DNA from: Eledone cirrhosa
Lineage: Eukaryota
Assembly: GCA_964016885.1 (NCBI GenBank)
Contig: OZ024753.1
Span: 20,708,001 to 20,772,000, forward strand
DNA length: 64,000 nt
Reading direction: 5' to 3'
This document shows positions 52,189 through 62,990 of this stretch, piece by piece. The first letter of the stretch is position 1, and each line of letters opens with the position of its first letter. Made by a program: the position numbers and the translations under genes. Below the pieces are notes generated by a model. It was not told the origin of the DNA. It worked only from the letters and a program-made list of their open reading frames with translations, and did not search any database.

Positions 52189-54890
52189 ATCTGTCTGCCA
52201 CTGTCTATCTATCAATCTGTCTGTCTGTCACTGTCTATCTATCAATCTGTCTGTCTGTCACTATCTATCTATCAATCTGTCTCTCTATCACTGTCTATCT
52301 ATCAGTCTGTCTGTCGGTCTATCTGTCACTGTCTCTCAATCTGTCTGTCTGTCACTGACTATCTATCAATCTGTCTGTCTGTCTGCCACTGTCTATCTAT
52401 CAATCTGTCTGTCTGTCTGCCACTGTCTATCTATCAATATGTCTCTCTGTCACTGTCTATCTATCGGTCTGTCTGTCTGTCACCGTATATCAATCTGTCT
52501 GTCTGCCACTGGCTATCTATCTGTCTGTCTGTCACTGTCTATCTATCGATCTGTCTGTCTGTCTGCCACTGTCTATCTATCAATCTGTCTGTCTGTCTGC
52601 CACTGTCTATCTATCAATATGTCTCTCTGTCACTGTCTATCTATCGGTCTGTCTGTCTGTCACCGTATATCAATCTGTCTGTCTGCCACTGGCTATCAAT
52701 CTATCTGTCTGACACTGTCTATCTATCAATCAGTATGTCTGCCACTGTCAATCAAACTGTCTGTCTGTCTGTCACTGTCTATCTATCAATCTGTCTGCCA
52801 CTGTGTACCAATGTGTGTGTCTGTCTGTCACTGTCTATCTGTCTGTCTGTCTGCCACTGTCTATCAATCTGTCTGTCACTGTCTATCTATCAATCTGTCT
52901 GTCACTGTCTATCTATCAATCTGTCTGTCTGCCTGTCTGTCACTGTCTATCAATCTGTCGGTCTGTCACTGTCTATATCAATCTGCCTGTCTGTCACTGT
53001 CTATCTATCAGTCTGTCTGTCGGCTGTCTGTCTATCTGTCACTGTCTATCAATCTGTCTGTCACTGTCTATCAATCCGTCTGTCTGTCTGCCACTGTCTA
53101 TCTATCAATCTGTCTGTCTGTCACTGTCTATCTATCAATCTGTCTGTCTGTCTGCCACTGTCTATCTATCAATCTGTCTGTCTGTCTGTCACTGTCTATC
53201 TATCAATCTGTCTGTCTGTCTGCCACTGTCTATCTATCAATCTGTCTGTCTGTCTGCCACTGTCTGTCTGTCTGCCACTGTCTATCTATCAATCTGTCTG
53301 TCTGTCTGCCACTGTCTATCTATCAATCTGGCTGTCTGTCACCATCTATCTATCTGTCTGTCACTGTCTATCTATCAATCTGTCTGCCTGTCACTGTCTA
53401 TCTATCACTGTCTATCTATCAGTCTGTCTGTCTGTCTATCTGTCACTGTCTATCAATCTGTCTGTCTGTCACTGACTATCTATCAATCTGTCTGTCTGTC
53501 TGCCACTGTCTATCTATTAATCTGTCTGTCTGTTTGCCACTGTCTATCTATCAATATGTCTCTCTGTCACTGTCTATCTATCTGTCTGTCTGTCTGTCTG
53601 TCACTGTCTATCTATCGGTCCGTCTGTCTCTCACTCTCTATCTATCAATCTGTCTGTCTGTTTGCCACTGTCTATCTATCAATATGTCTCTCTGTCACTG
53701 TCTTTCTATCTGTCTGTCTGTCTGTCTGTCTGTCACTGTCTATCTATCGGTCTGTCTGTCTCTCACTCTCTATCGATCAATCTGTCTGTCTACCACTGTC
53801 TATCTATCTGACTGTCTGTCTGTCTGTCACTGTCTATCGATCAATCTGTCTGTCTGTCTCTGTCTATCTGTCTGTCTGTCACTGTCTATCTCTCCGTCTG
53901 TCTGTCGCTGTCTATATATCTGTCTGTCTGTCACTGTCTATCTATCAATATGTCTGTCTCTCGCAGTTGTTTCTATCAATCTGTCTGTCACTGTCTATCT
54001 ATCAGTCTCTCTGTCACTGTCTATCTATCAGTCTGTCTGTCTGCCACTGTCTATCTATCTCTTTGTCTGTCTGTCAATCTCTATCTAGCTGTCTGTCTGT
54101 CACTGTCTATCTATGTGTCTTTTTGTCTGTCTGTCACTGTCTATCTATCGGTCTGTCTGTCTGTCTGTCACTGTCTATCTTTCAATCTGTCTGTCTGTCA
54201 CTGTCTATCTTTCAATCTGTCTGTCTGCCACTGTCTATCTATCTGTCTGTCTGTCTGTCACTGACTATCTATCAATCTGTCTGTCTACCACTGTGTATCT
54301 ATTAATTTGTCTGTCTGCCACTGTCTATCTATCAATCTGTCTGTATGTCACTGTCTATCTGTCTGTCACTGTCTATCTATCTGTCTATCTGTCTGCCTGC
54401 CACTGTCTATCTGTCTGTCTGCCACTGTCTATCTGTCTGTCTGCCACTGTCTATCTATCAATATGTCTGTCTGCCACTGTCTATCTATCTTCTGTCTGAC
54501 TGTCACTGTCTATCTATCTATCTGTCTGTCTGGCACTGTCTGTCTATCAATCTGTCTGTCTGCCACTGTCTATCCATCTGTCTATCTATCAGTCTGTCTG
54601 TCTGCCACTGTCTATCTATCAATCTGTCTGTCTGTCTGTTACTGTCTATCCATCTGTCTGTCTGTCTGTCACTGTCTATCTATCTGTCTGTCACTGTCTA
54701 TCTATCTGTCTGTCACTGTCTATCTATCTGTCTGTCACTGTCTATCTATCTGTCTGTCACTGTCTATCTATCAATCTGTCTGTCTGCCACTGTCTATCTC
54801 TCTGTCTGTCACTGTCTATCTATTAATCTGTCTGTCTGCCACTGTCTATCAATCTGTCTGTCTGTCACTGTCTATCTATCTGTCTGTATG

Positions 54891-54896
54891 TCAGTT
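54891..54896 (+). promoter_or_regulatory. Initiator-like TCAGTT at the LINE 5' boundary
   Basis: Matches the TCAGTY Inr consensus exactly where the satellite ends. A short motif that could be chance. Confidence 0.35.
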
Positions 54897-55550
54897 GTTG
54901 ATAGTGGACGTCTTTAACATCGGCTCTTCGATTTTGAATCACTACTTGGTTATTTGTGAGTGTGTTATTTTAATTGTGTTACTATTGTTGACTCTAACCC
55001 CTCGTCCGGGACTGTAGACGTAGGGTAAATATATTTTCGCCCCTTTTGGGGTGAACATCTTTAATTTAAAATGTTTATTGATATCGTTAAAAACGAGCAA
55101 GCCATATTGCAAGCTAACGCCACTCCCACCAAAAAAAAGAGAGAAAGAGGGAACAACAATTCAAACTGTTGAACTACCCCTCCTCTCGAATGGAAAAAAC
55201 ACTGTTAATTTGAGTGAAAACCCAAATTTTGAAAAAGGTAACAGGGAAAAAAATACCAGAAAAAATGGAATTAATAAAACCAACAACATTGCAACAACAA
55301 ACAACAATGAACGAAACGAAAACAACAAAACAGCAAAATTTCTTTTGCCCCAACGGTAAAAAAAACGATCGAATACAAACCCATAGACATTACTAACGCT
55401 AAGCAAAACTTACTAAATGCCAGAAAATACGTATCTTTTGGGGAGGATGGTTCTTTTACGATCAACTCCTCAGAAGAAGTTCGTCAACAGGCATACAGGA
55501 ATACTATATCTTTCAGGACTATATCCAACGCAACAAGAAAACCAGCTCAA

Positions 55551-56369
55551 TTGACAGAAAGTCAAATTGAGCTGGTTCTGAAAGACATAAAAAAAGACAT
55601 ACTCTTTATTGAAAGAGGAAAGCTTTATGCCAGCATTATGGTCCGAATGAAGGACCAAATGCTGGCTCGAAAATGCTCAGTGGCACCTATAGTGTCACCA
55701 CAATACACCTTCTTCCCCACATATAAAGGAAGAAGAACACAAAGACTAAGAATGTGGAGCTCAACGCCAGAAGTAGATATCTGGTCCGTCCTGACAGGAT
55801 TCACGGACCTAGAAAAGGACATTCTAATATCAGCAGGTGAGTCCACCAGTGGACTGTTCGAGGGGAAAAGTCTGAAGGTTCTCATACAGATGACACCAGA
55901 GAGAATCGCCGGAATACCCAACCGAGTACTACTGGATGGTTCAACCTTTATTAATATTACGGTGGAAGGCAGGAGGCCCTCATGTTACCACTGCGCTGGA
56001 AGAGGTCACCCGCGGACTGCCTGCCCTCTACTAACAACAAAAAAAAACACTGCTACAAACACCACAACAACAACAAAAACAACCAGCACCACCACCACAA
56101 AAACAACAAAATACACAACAATCACCACCACCACCACAACGACAACAAAAACTAACAAGACCACCTCCAGCACCACCACCACAACAACAACAAAAACAAA
56201 AGAGCACGAAACAAATCAGTCACACCCACCCACCCCACACAGAAAACAATCAAAAATACACACACCAACACAACACTACCACAAAATATCCCCCTACCCG
56301 CGAACACGGACGAAAACCTCCTTACATCGGAGCATAGCGAAGATGAAGGAGAGCCGTTCCGACCAGTAA
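55551..56369 (+). CDS. LINE ORF1 (gag-like nucleic-acid-binding protein), main open segment
   Basis: VEGRRPSCYHCAGRGHPRTACP = CX2CX4HX4C knuckle, followed by a Thr-rich tract. ORF1 probably extended from about 55265 to about 56820 before frameshifts. Confidence 0.85.
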   Translation: MTESQIELVLKDIKKDILFIERGKLYASIMVRMKDQMLARKCSVAPIVSPQYTFFPTYKGRRTQRLRMWSSTPEVDIWSVLTGFTDLEKDILISAGESTSGLFEGKSLKVLIQMTPERIAGIPNRVLLDGSTFINITVEGRRPSCYHCAGRGHPRTACPLLTTKKNTATNTTTTTKTTSTTTTKTTKYTTITTTTTTTTKTNKTTSSTTTTTTTKTKEHETNQSHPPTPHRKQSKIHTPTQHYHKISPYPRTRTKTSLHRSIAKMKESRSDQ

Positions 56370-56874
56370 AAAGGAAAAAAAGGAAACATACCACTAACAG
56401 AAACCAAACAAACACAGAAGAAACCAACACAACACAAAGCACCCCTCCCCATTACACAACACTAACAGCGTCACAGAAAAAAATATTACAGTACACTTAC
56501 ATCAACAAACAAAACAAAAAACTGCTGAATATAATAAAACAGCAACCCTTCGGTTTGCACTGAAGGGCCAAATTTTAAGACAGTGGATGACTCTCCACAC
56601 CTCAAAATGATAAAGGTCCCCATGAACCTTTATCAAACTTTAAAAAACATTTATAAAGAGGACGTGGGGCCCCCCTGTAACAAACCGTTTAACCGCGCCC
56701 TCTTAAAAAGTTACCCACCCCTTCCTCAGACACCCACACAACTCCAAATACCCCAACCCCACCACACACTAATACCCCACCCCCACCCAACAACCCCTCC
56801 ACCACCCCCATGGAAACTGAACAGCCCGGACTCCGGGACGCAGAGAGGTAAGTGCCTCTTTCTTTACCACCAAC

Positions 56875-58945
56875 ATGGCTGTGTTAAGAGTAGGTTGTCT
56901 AAATGCGCGTGGCTTGGACTCACCTTGGAAGCAAGCTAAACTTCTAAATGACCTCAGGTCACGAGGTATAAATGTGATGGTTATTTGGGGGGGGGACTGG
57001 AATGGTATCCTAGATGCACGTTGGGACTAAGTAGGGGCATGTCCCGATAGAGGGGGGTGTAACAACCTCAAGGGGTTAATCGGCCGATTTGACCTGGCCG
57101 ATAGATATCGACTAGATTTTCCGACTGTGCCAACCTGGACTTGGACAAACCACAGTGGTCAATCTAGATCGTACCTGGATAGGTTCTTAGTTAGAATTAA
57201 GGATAGGGACTTTTTAAGTTGTCCAGAAATGCTCATGGTGCTCTATTCAGACCACAAGTTAGTGACCTGCGCAGTCCACCTTGATAGAACGCATAGGCAG
57301 AGACCTAGTTACTGGAAGCTCAACTTGTCCTTACCGGCAAGTAGAGCTTACAGGGACCGGATTAGAACCTTAGTTAAGGAGCGGTTGACGGGCGCCATCG
57401 TCAACAGCAGGTGGTGGGGCTCTCTGAAAAGAGAGATTAGAGTAGTTTCAATAGGAGATAGTAAGGAGTTAACCTCAGATAGAAATAGGAAGGAAAGGGA
57501 GTTGGTAGTTAATGTTGAAGAGGCAATGAGAAGCGGCAACGTGGCCAGAGTGCTACGTTGAGAACGGCCTTGAGCCAGTTCTTCGACGCGAAACACGAAG
57601 GCTGCGTTGTCCGAAGCAAAATACGTGCTCTGGGAAACGAGGGGACCAAAGCTGTTAGCTGGGCCCGCGTGACAGAAGCCAAAAGTGGGATTAGATCCAC
57701 TATCCGGTCTTTGCGAGACCAGGATGGACGGGTGATCCTTTAACCTAAGCAAATGTGCGAGGCTTTTCAAAGGTAGTTTGCCCGATTGTTTGGGAGGGGC
57801 GGGGGGCCAGTTGGGATGTGGATTTCGGTCCATACCTCGACGGCCTGCCGCGTCTTTCGGACGAGGAGGCAAGGTCCTGCGACAGGCCGATCTCAGCTGC
57901 TGAAATAGGGGACGTGCTAAGCTTATGCGGCAAACGCAAATCTCCAGGCCTCGATGGTCTGCCCTACGAACTATATATTAATATGCCGGACTTGTTCCCC
58001 GATCTCCTCGAGGCGGTCTACTGCAACTGGCAACAGAACGGGAGAATTCTCTGTTTTATGACCAAGGGTGTAGTCTTGCTAGTGAGGAAGGACGAGTACA
58101 AGGGGGATGACATTAGTAATTTTAGGGCCATAACTCTGCTAAATGCAGAGTTAAAGATTTTGACCAAGGTGTTAGCGAAGAGATTGGCGCTTGTCGTGCG
58201 GGGCCTGGTGGGAGATGCGCAGACATGCGCTATCCCATCCAGGTCCATCCACGACAACCTCCACCTCATGCGATACGTCATAGAGAGGGTTGGGAACAAA
58301 CCCGGCTTTGGTGGGGCCCTGATAAATTTAGATCAGTCTAAAGCTTTCGATAGGGTGGATCATGGTTACCTGGATGTGGTGCTAGCAGCGGCTGGTTTCG
58401 GACCCGTTTTCAGGGGCTGGATCACTGCCATGCATAGCAGCCGTATCTGCTCTAGAGTCAAGGTGAACGGCTACCTCTCGGAGCCGTTCGAAATCACCCG
58501 CTCCATCCGACTGGGGTGCCCTTTCTCCTCTCTTCTGTATGTATTGGCTCTCGAGCCACTACTGCGGAAGTTGGAGTTGTTGCAGGGCATCCCTTTGGAA
58601 CCGAGATTGCGCAAAGCGGTGTCGGCCTACGCCGATGACGTAACAGTAATGGTGTCGACCACTGCGGAAATCGAGGCAATCGGCACCTTACTGGAGGAGT
58701 ACGAAAGGTTGACAGGGGCTAAGCTGAACCGGGACAAGTCAGTCGCTTTCCAACTCGGCGAGTGGAGGGGCAAACCGATGTCGTCCGACGGTATTGTCGA
58801 GCGGTGGACGGAGGGCCCGGTGAAGTTGCTTGGGGTCTGGTTCGGACCGGACCTCCAGGTGGAGAAAAACTGGGGTGAGGTGATGAATAGGGTGCTTGCA
58901 CTGACCCAGAAGTGGGCCGAGTGCAAACTATCCCTGAAAGGTCGG
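56875..58945 (+). pseudogene. LINE ORF2 copy A (APE with internal deletion plus RT), disrupted
   Basis: ATG at 56875 (MAVLRVGCLNARGL). ORF pieces 57127-57561, 57558-57743 and 57755-58945 with YADD. Stops and frameshifts. Confidence 0.9.
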
Positions 58946-59283
58946 CCAAATTTTAAGACAGTGGATGACTCTCCACACCTCAAAATGATAAAGGTCCCCA
59001 TGAACCTTTATCAAACTTTAAAAAATGTTTATAAAGAGGACGTGGGGCCCCCCTGTAACAAACCGTTTAACCGCGTCCCCTTAAAAGGTTACCCACCCCC
59101 CTCCTCAGACACCCACACAACTCCAAATACCCCAACCCCACCACACACTAATGCCCCCACACCACCACAAACCACCACCCCACTCAACTACCCCTCCCCC
59201 ACCCCCATGGAAGTTGCACGTCCCGGGCCCCGGGACGTAGAGAGGTTGGTGTTTTTTCTTTTTTCTTCCCCTTCGCCGCCAAC

Positions 59284-60976
59284 ATGGCTGTGTTGAGAGA
59301 GGGTTGCCTGAATACGCGTGGCCTGGGCGCAGTTTGGAAGCAAGCTAAGCTCCTAAATGACCTCAGGTCACGCGTTATAAATGTGATGGTTATTTGCGAG
59401 ACCCGGATCAGCAGCGTGCGCAAACTTTGATGACTTTGAGATGCACGCATCTCCCTGTCAGCCCGGAGGTGGGGGTGGGTTTGTTGTTCTGCTGCAAAAA
59501 CATCTGGGTCTCGCCACACAGATGGTAGACCTGGACCCGGAGGGTCGACTGGTGGTCTTAGACGTTGGCAGTGGTGAAGGTGGAGTCTTTAGGCTGGTCG
59601 CCGCCTACGTCATTTTGGGTCCGCGTGGCCGGACATCTTCCAACGTCTGGAGTCTTTTCTGGAAATCGGGGCAATCGCACCTTACTGGAGGAGTACGAAA
59701 GGTTGACAAGGGCTAAGCTGAACTGGGACAAGTCAGTTGCTTTGCAACTCGCCGAGTGGAGGGGCAAACCGATGCCGTCCGACGGTGGATGGAGGGCCCG
59801 GTGTAGTTGCTTGGGGTCTGATTCGGTCCGGACGTCCAGGTGGAGAAAAACTGGGGTGAGGTTACGAATAGGGTGTTTGCACTGACCCAGAAGTGGGCCG
59901 GTGCAAACTATCCCTGAAAGGTTGGGCGGAGGTGGTGAACTCTTACATAGTGTCCGTCATCTATTACCACTTGACTGTCGTGCCTTGCCCGGGTGAGATC
60001 CTCACCAAAATGGAGTGCGCTCTCTTTCAATTCCTTTGGAAGAAGAGGTCTCCTCTAGTGAGGAGATCCATCTGCTGTCAAGACCCTTTGAAAGGAGGGC
60101 TGGGGATGCCGTGGCTAAAAATGCGTATACACGCATTGAGGCTACAGAACCTCCAAGTATTCCTCACCGGTCAACCGGTGTGGGTCCCGTTTGTGAGGCG
60201 AGCATTCCCGAGGCTCGTCTCGCTCACCGAGCTGCAGTCCTGGGTGAAGCAAAGACCGAGAAAACTGGGTGACTGGCACACCAAGTGTGCCCAGGCGCTC
60301 ACGGCTCTCTGGCAGGTGGACCCGGCTATCGGTGGAGACTCCACCTCATCTTTCTATAGAGGGCTGGTGGTCAGCAGGTGCGACGACGCCTAGGCATGGA
60401 GGAGGACGAACTGGCCAGCCTATTCGGTAGGACTTTCGGCCCGAGACCTATGGACAACTTCCAGAAGTCCTTGGCCTGGCAGTGCTACCGAGGGGCTCTG
60501 TCCGTTCGGGATAAGCTCAACAGACACGGTCGCCCAGGTAGGGACCCCTCGAAAAAGATCTGTCCCAGATGCGTGCGCGACGAGGAAACCGTCGCGCACG
60601 CATTGGTACACTGCCGGGCGTTGCCGATCTGTGGGGCTATGTCGAACAACTGCTGTCACGGGTCGGACCAATTAGGTTGACCACCGAGTCCATTGTAACG
60701 ATCAAGCCGCCTCCCTCCTTCAAAAATGAAGGAGAGGCGGTCTTCCTCTGTGTAATAGCCATAGTAAAAGAGGTTGTATGGTGGACGCGTCTAAAAGGGC
60801 TGAGGTCGGACACCTTTCTTTCCGGCCAACAACTAGGCCTTTTCTTCTGTTACCATTTCGGAAGAAGGATCAGGATGGAAAGAGAGGTGCTCCACCCCAG
60901 CCAGTTTTATGAAAGGTGGGTGAAAGTTGCGAGAATGGCCCGTGTGAATGGGCCTTCTCTCTACCTCAGCCTGTAG
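59284..60976 (+). pseudogene. LINE ORF2 copy B (APE N-terminus joined to post-RT and C-terminal region), disrupted
   Basis: ATG at 59284 (MAVLREGCLNTRGL..ICETR..DPEGRLVVLDV), then a jump at about 59670 to LLEEYERLT, KLSLKG, GGLGMP and the Zn finger. Stop at 60976. Confidence 0.88.
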
Positions 60977-61200
60977 GTGGAAAAGGATGAAGGAAGAAGG
61001 GAGCAGCCTCTCTTTGTGCTCCCGTAGAGAAGGGTCGCACATTTTTTTTCGGGGGTGTGTGTGACCCCAAGACGATCCCTCCCTATTGAGGACCTTTTTG
61101 TTATAATTTTATTTATTACATTTTTTTACTTGATTTCTATGTACCCCCCCCCCATGTAGGTGTCCCTTTCTTTTGTGCCCTCGTGGCAAATAAATAGAAA

Positions 61201-61305
61201 TTTATCTATCTGCCTGTCTGTCTGTCTGTCTCTCTATCCATCTATCTGTCTGTCTGTCTCTCTATCCATCTGTCTGTCTGTCTGTCTCTCTATCTATCTG
61301 TCTGT
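61201..61305 (+). repeat. (TCTA)/(TCTG) tract between two Tx1 copies
   Basis: Directly visible. Confidence 0.95.
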
Positions 61306-61840
61306 GGCGGTGGGACCAATCCAGTTGACCACCGAGTCCATTGTCATGATCAAACCGCCACTCTCCTTCAAAAACAAGGGAGAGGCGGTTTTCCTATGTG
61401 TTATGGCTATGGTGGACGAGATTAAAAGGGCTGAGGTCAGGCACCTTTCTCTCCGGCGAGCAACTGATTCGTTTTTTCAAATATCATTTTGGAAGAATAA
61501 TCAGGATGGAGAGAGAGGTGCTGTACCCCAGCAAGTTTTATGAAAGATGGGTGAATGTGGCAAAGATGGTCCGAGTGGTTGGGCCTTCTCTCTATATAAG
61601 CCTGTAGGTTGAGGAAAAAGAGGAAGAGAGGAAGGGAGTACTCACTCTTGGTGCTCCTGGAGATGAGGGTTGTACATTTTTTCGGGATGTGTACAACCCT
61701 GTGTAACGCCTCCCCCCTATTGGGGATATCAATTGTTATTTGTTATTTTATTAATAGTTTTATTTTCATATACCTGTATGTAAACTCCCCATTTGTATTT
61801 GTCCCCTCCTTTTGTGCCCTTGTGGCTAATAAAGAAATTT
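61306..61840 (+). mobile_element. 5'-truncated, more divergent Tx1/L1-clade copy (ORF2 end plus 3' UTR)
   Basis: GPIQLTTESIV..KPP..GEAVFLCV, WWTRLKGLRS...GPSLYISL. AATAAA at 61828-61833, then TTTATCTATCTATCT. Confidence 0.9.
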
Positions 61841-62159
61841 ATATATTTATCTATCTATCTCTCTATATATTTGACTCTATGTCAAATACTACGAATTATT
61901 CTGCATTATAAATTAGATAGAAATCTTTATACTTTTAATATTTATTTTTAGTTTTCTTTTAGATTTTACTTTCTATTTTGAATTTTTGATCTATACTGGG
62001 TGTGTGTGTGGGGGTGGGGGTGGGGGGGGGGGGGGGGATGTGAAAGGTCTCACACTGCGACCTCTTCTTCGTCTTCTCCTTCTCCTTCTTCTTTGGTAAT
62101 ACTTAAATTTTAAAATCAATGGACATTGCATGATTTCCTAAAGCTCTCCTTCCTGCAAC

Positions 62160-62355
62160 GCGCACATGCATGTACAGATATGCACTCACACATATACACA
62201 CATAAGCATAGTCACATACACACGAGCACACATAAATAAGCACACATACACATACATGCACAAGCATACATGCTTACATACACACAAGGACATGGACAAA
62301 TACACACACACACACACACACGCATGCATATGGACACAGATATACACACACAAAT
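62160..62355. repeat. Degenerate (CA)n/(CATA)n tract
   Basis: Directly visible. Confidence 0.85.
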
Positions 62356-62869
62356 ACAGGATAGTGGATTGGTGGAATTGTTAATGTGTTGGTTGAGATG
62401 TTTTGCTGTATTTGTTCCATTTATTTGTGGATTGTAGAATAGGCAGAAAGTGTGATGGGTGGGTGGTGAGTGGACAGTACAGAAAGTGGGGTGAGTGGGG
62501 GTGAGTGGACAGCAGGAGAATCTTCAATGCAACAACTCCCATTAAGTGTTTTGGCCCTTGATTCCTCCTAACACTCTAAGGGATCCGGGGGCCACCTAGG
62601 TGTCCTCCTGTTGTTTTTTCTCCCCCTCCAGAGGGTGATCTTGTTTCCCATTGGTAGAATTAACACTGCACATCTATTTAGCTGCTTTTTCTAGCATGTC
62701 TTAGAAATATGTAGCGACTCCTTCTTTGGCATATCATAAGTGAGACTGAATCAACAAGATCTCAGACTTCATTTGCTTACCTAGTGGGGTGAAACTTGTC
62801 AGATCAGACCAAGGAAACAATGCTTCCATTGCTCATTTCATTGCTTAAACTATCTACTGGTCACAATTC

Positions 62870-62990
62870 CTGGAAGAAGGAGCAACATGAAATAAAGTGT
62901 CTTACTCAAGGACATAACACCTCGCCCAGCTCAGAAATCGAACTCAAAAGCTCATGACTGTGAATCCAACTCTGTAACCATTAAGCCACT
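62870..62990 (-). mobile_element. CORE-type tRNA-derived SINE head
   Basis: AAGTGTCTTACTCAAGGACATAAC..GAAATCGAACTC..GTGAATCCAAC..TAACCATTAAGCCAC: reverse-strand B- and A-box-like motifs plus CORE-like sequence. Confidence 0.6.

Larger units (their letters stand above)
19409..54891 (+). repeat. ~35.5 kb complex microsatellite-derived satellite; commonest monomer CTGTCTGTCTG(T/C)CACTGTCTATCTATCAAT (30 bp, varying in 4-nt steps) with higher-order repeats
   Basis: Continuous TCTG/TCTA modules punctuated by CAC and CAA. Identical or near-identical ORF translations recur at offsets of 1658, about 1770-1850 and 3214-3316 bp. Interrupted at 50740-52188. Confidence 0.98.
54892..61200 (+). mobile_element. 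Tx1/L1-clade LINE, rearranged composite of two partial copies (A 54892-58945, B 58945-61200)
   Basis: 5' UTR, ORF1 with CCHC knuckle, and ORF2 with APE (MAVLRVGCLNARGL, GGDWN, SYLDRFL, SDHKLV), RT (KSPGLDGLPYE, LDQSKAFDRVDH, SAYADDVTV) and C-terminal Zn finger (CPRC..EETVAHALVHC). AATAAA at 61189-61194. Confidence 0.93.

Noticed and set aside
19409-54891. CRISPR-like repeat-spacer array or RSS heptamer array (CACTGTC/CACAGTC)
   Set aside because: There are no unique spacers and no cas genes, and the context is eukaryotic. The motif differs from CACAGTG and has no nonamer at 12/23 spacing.
19347-54917. Very long Cys/Leu/Ser/Val-rich ORFs (up to 1005 aa) resembling a Cys-rich repeat protein family
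   Set aside because: The + strand monomer contains no stop triplet in any frame, so all three frames are open and the 30-bp unit yields 10-aa repeats. 4-nt indels shift frames freely, which shows no frame conservation.
57755-59296. 513-aa ORF as a novel RT fusion protein with a Pro-rich tail
   Set aside because: The tail is the duplicated ORF1 3' region joined at the 58945 rearrangement, and the upstream ORF2 is broken by stops.
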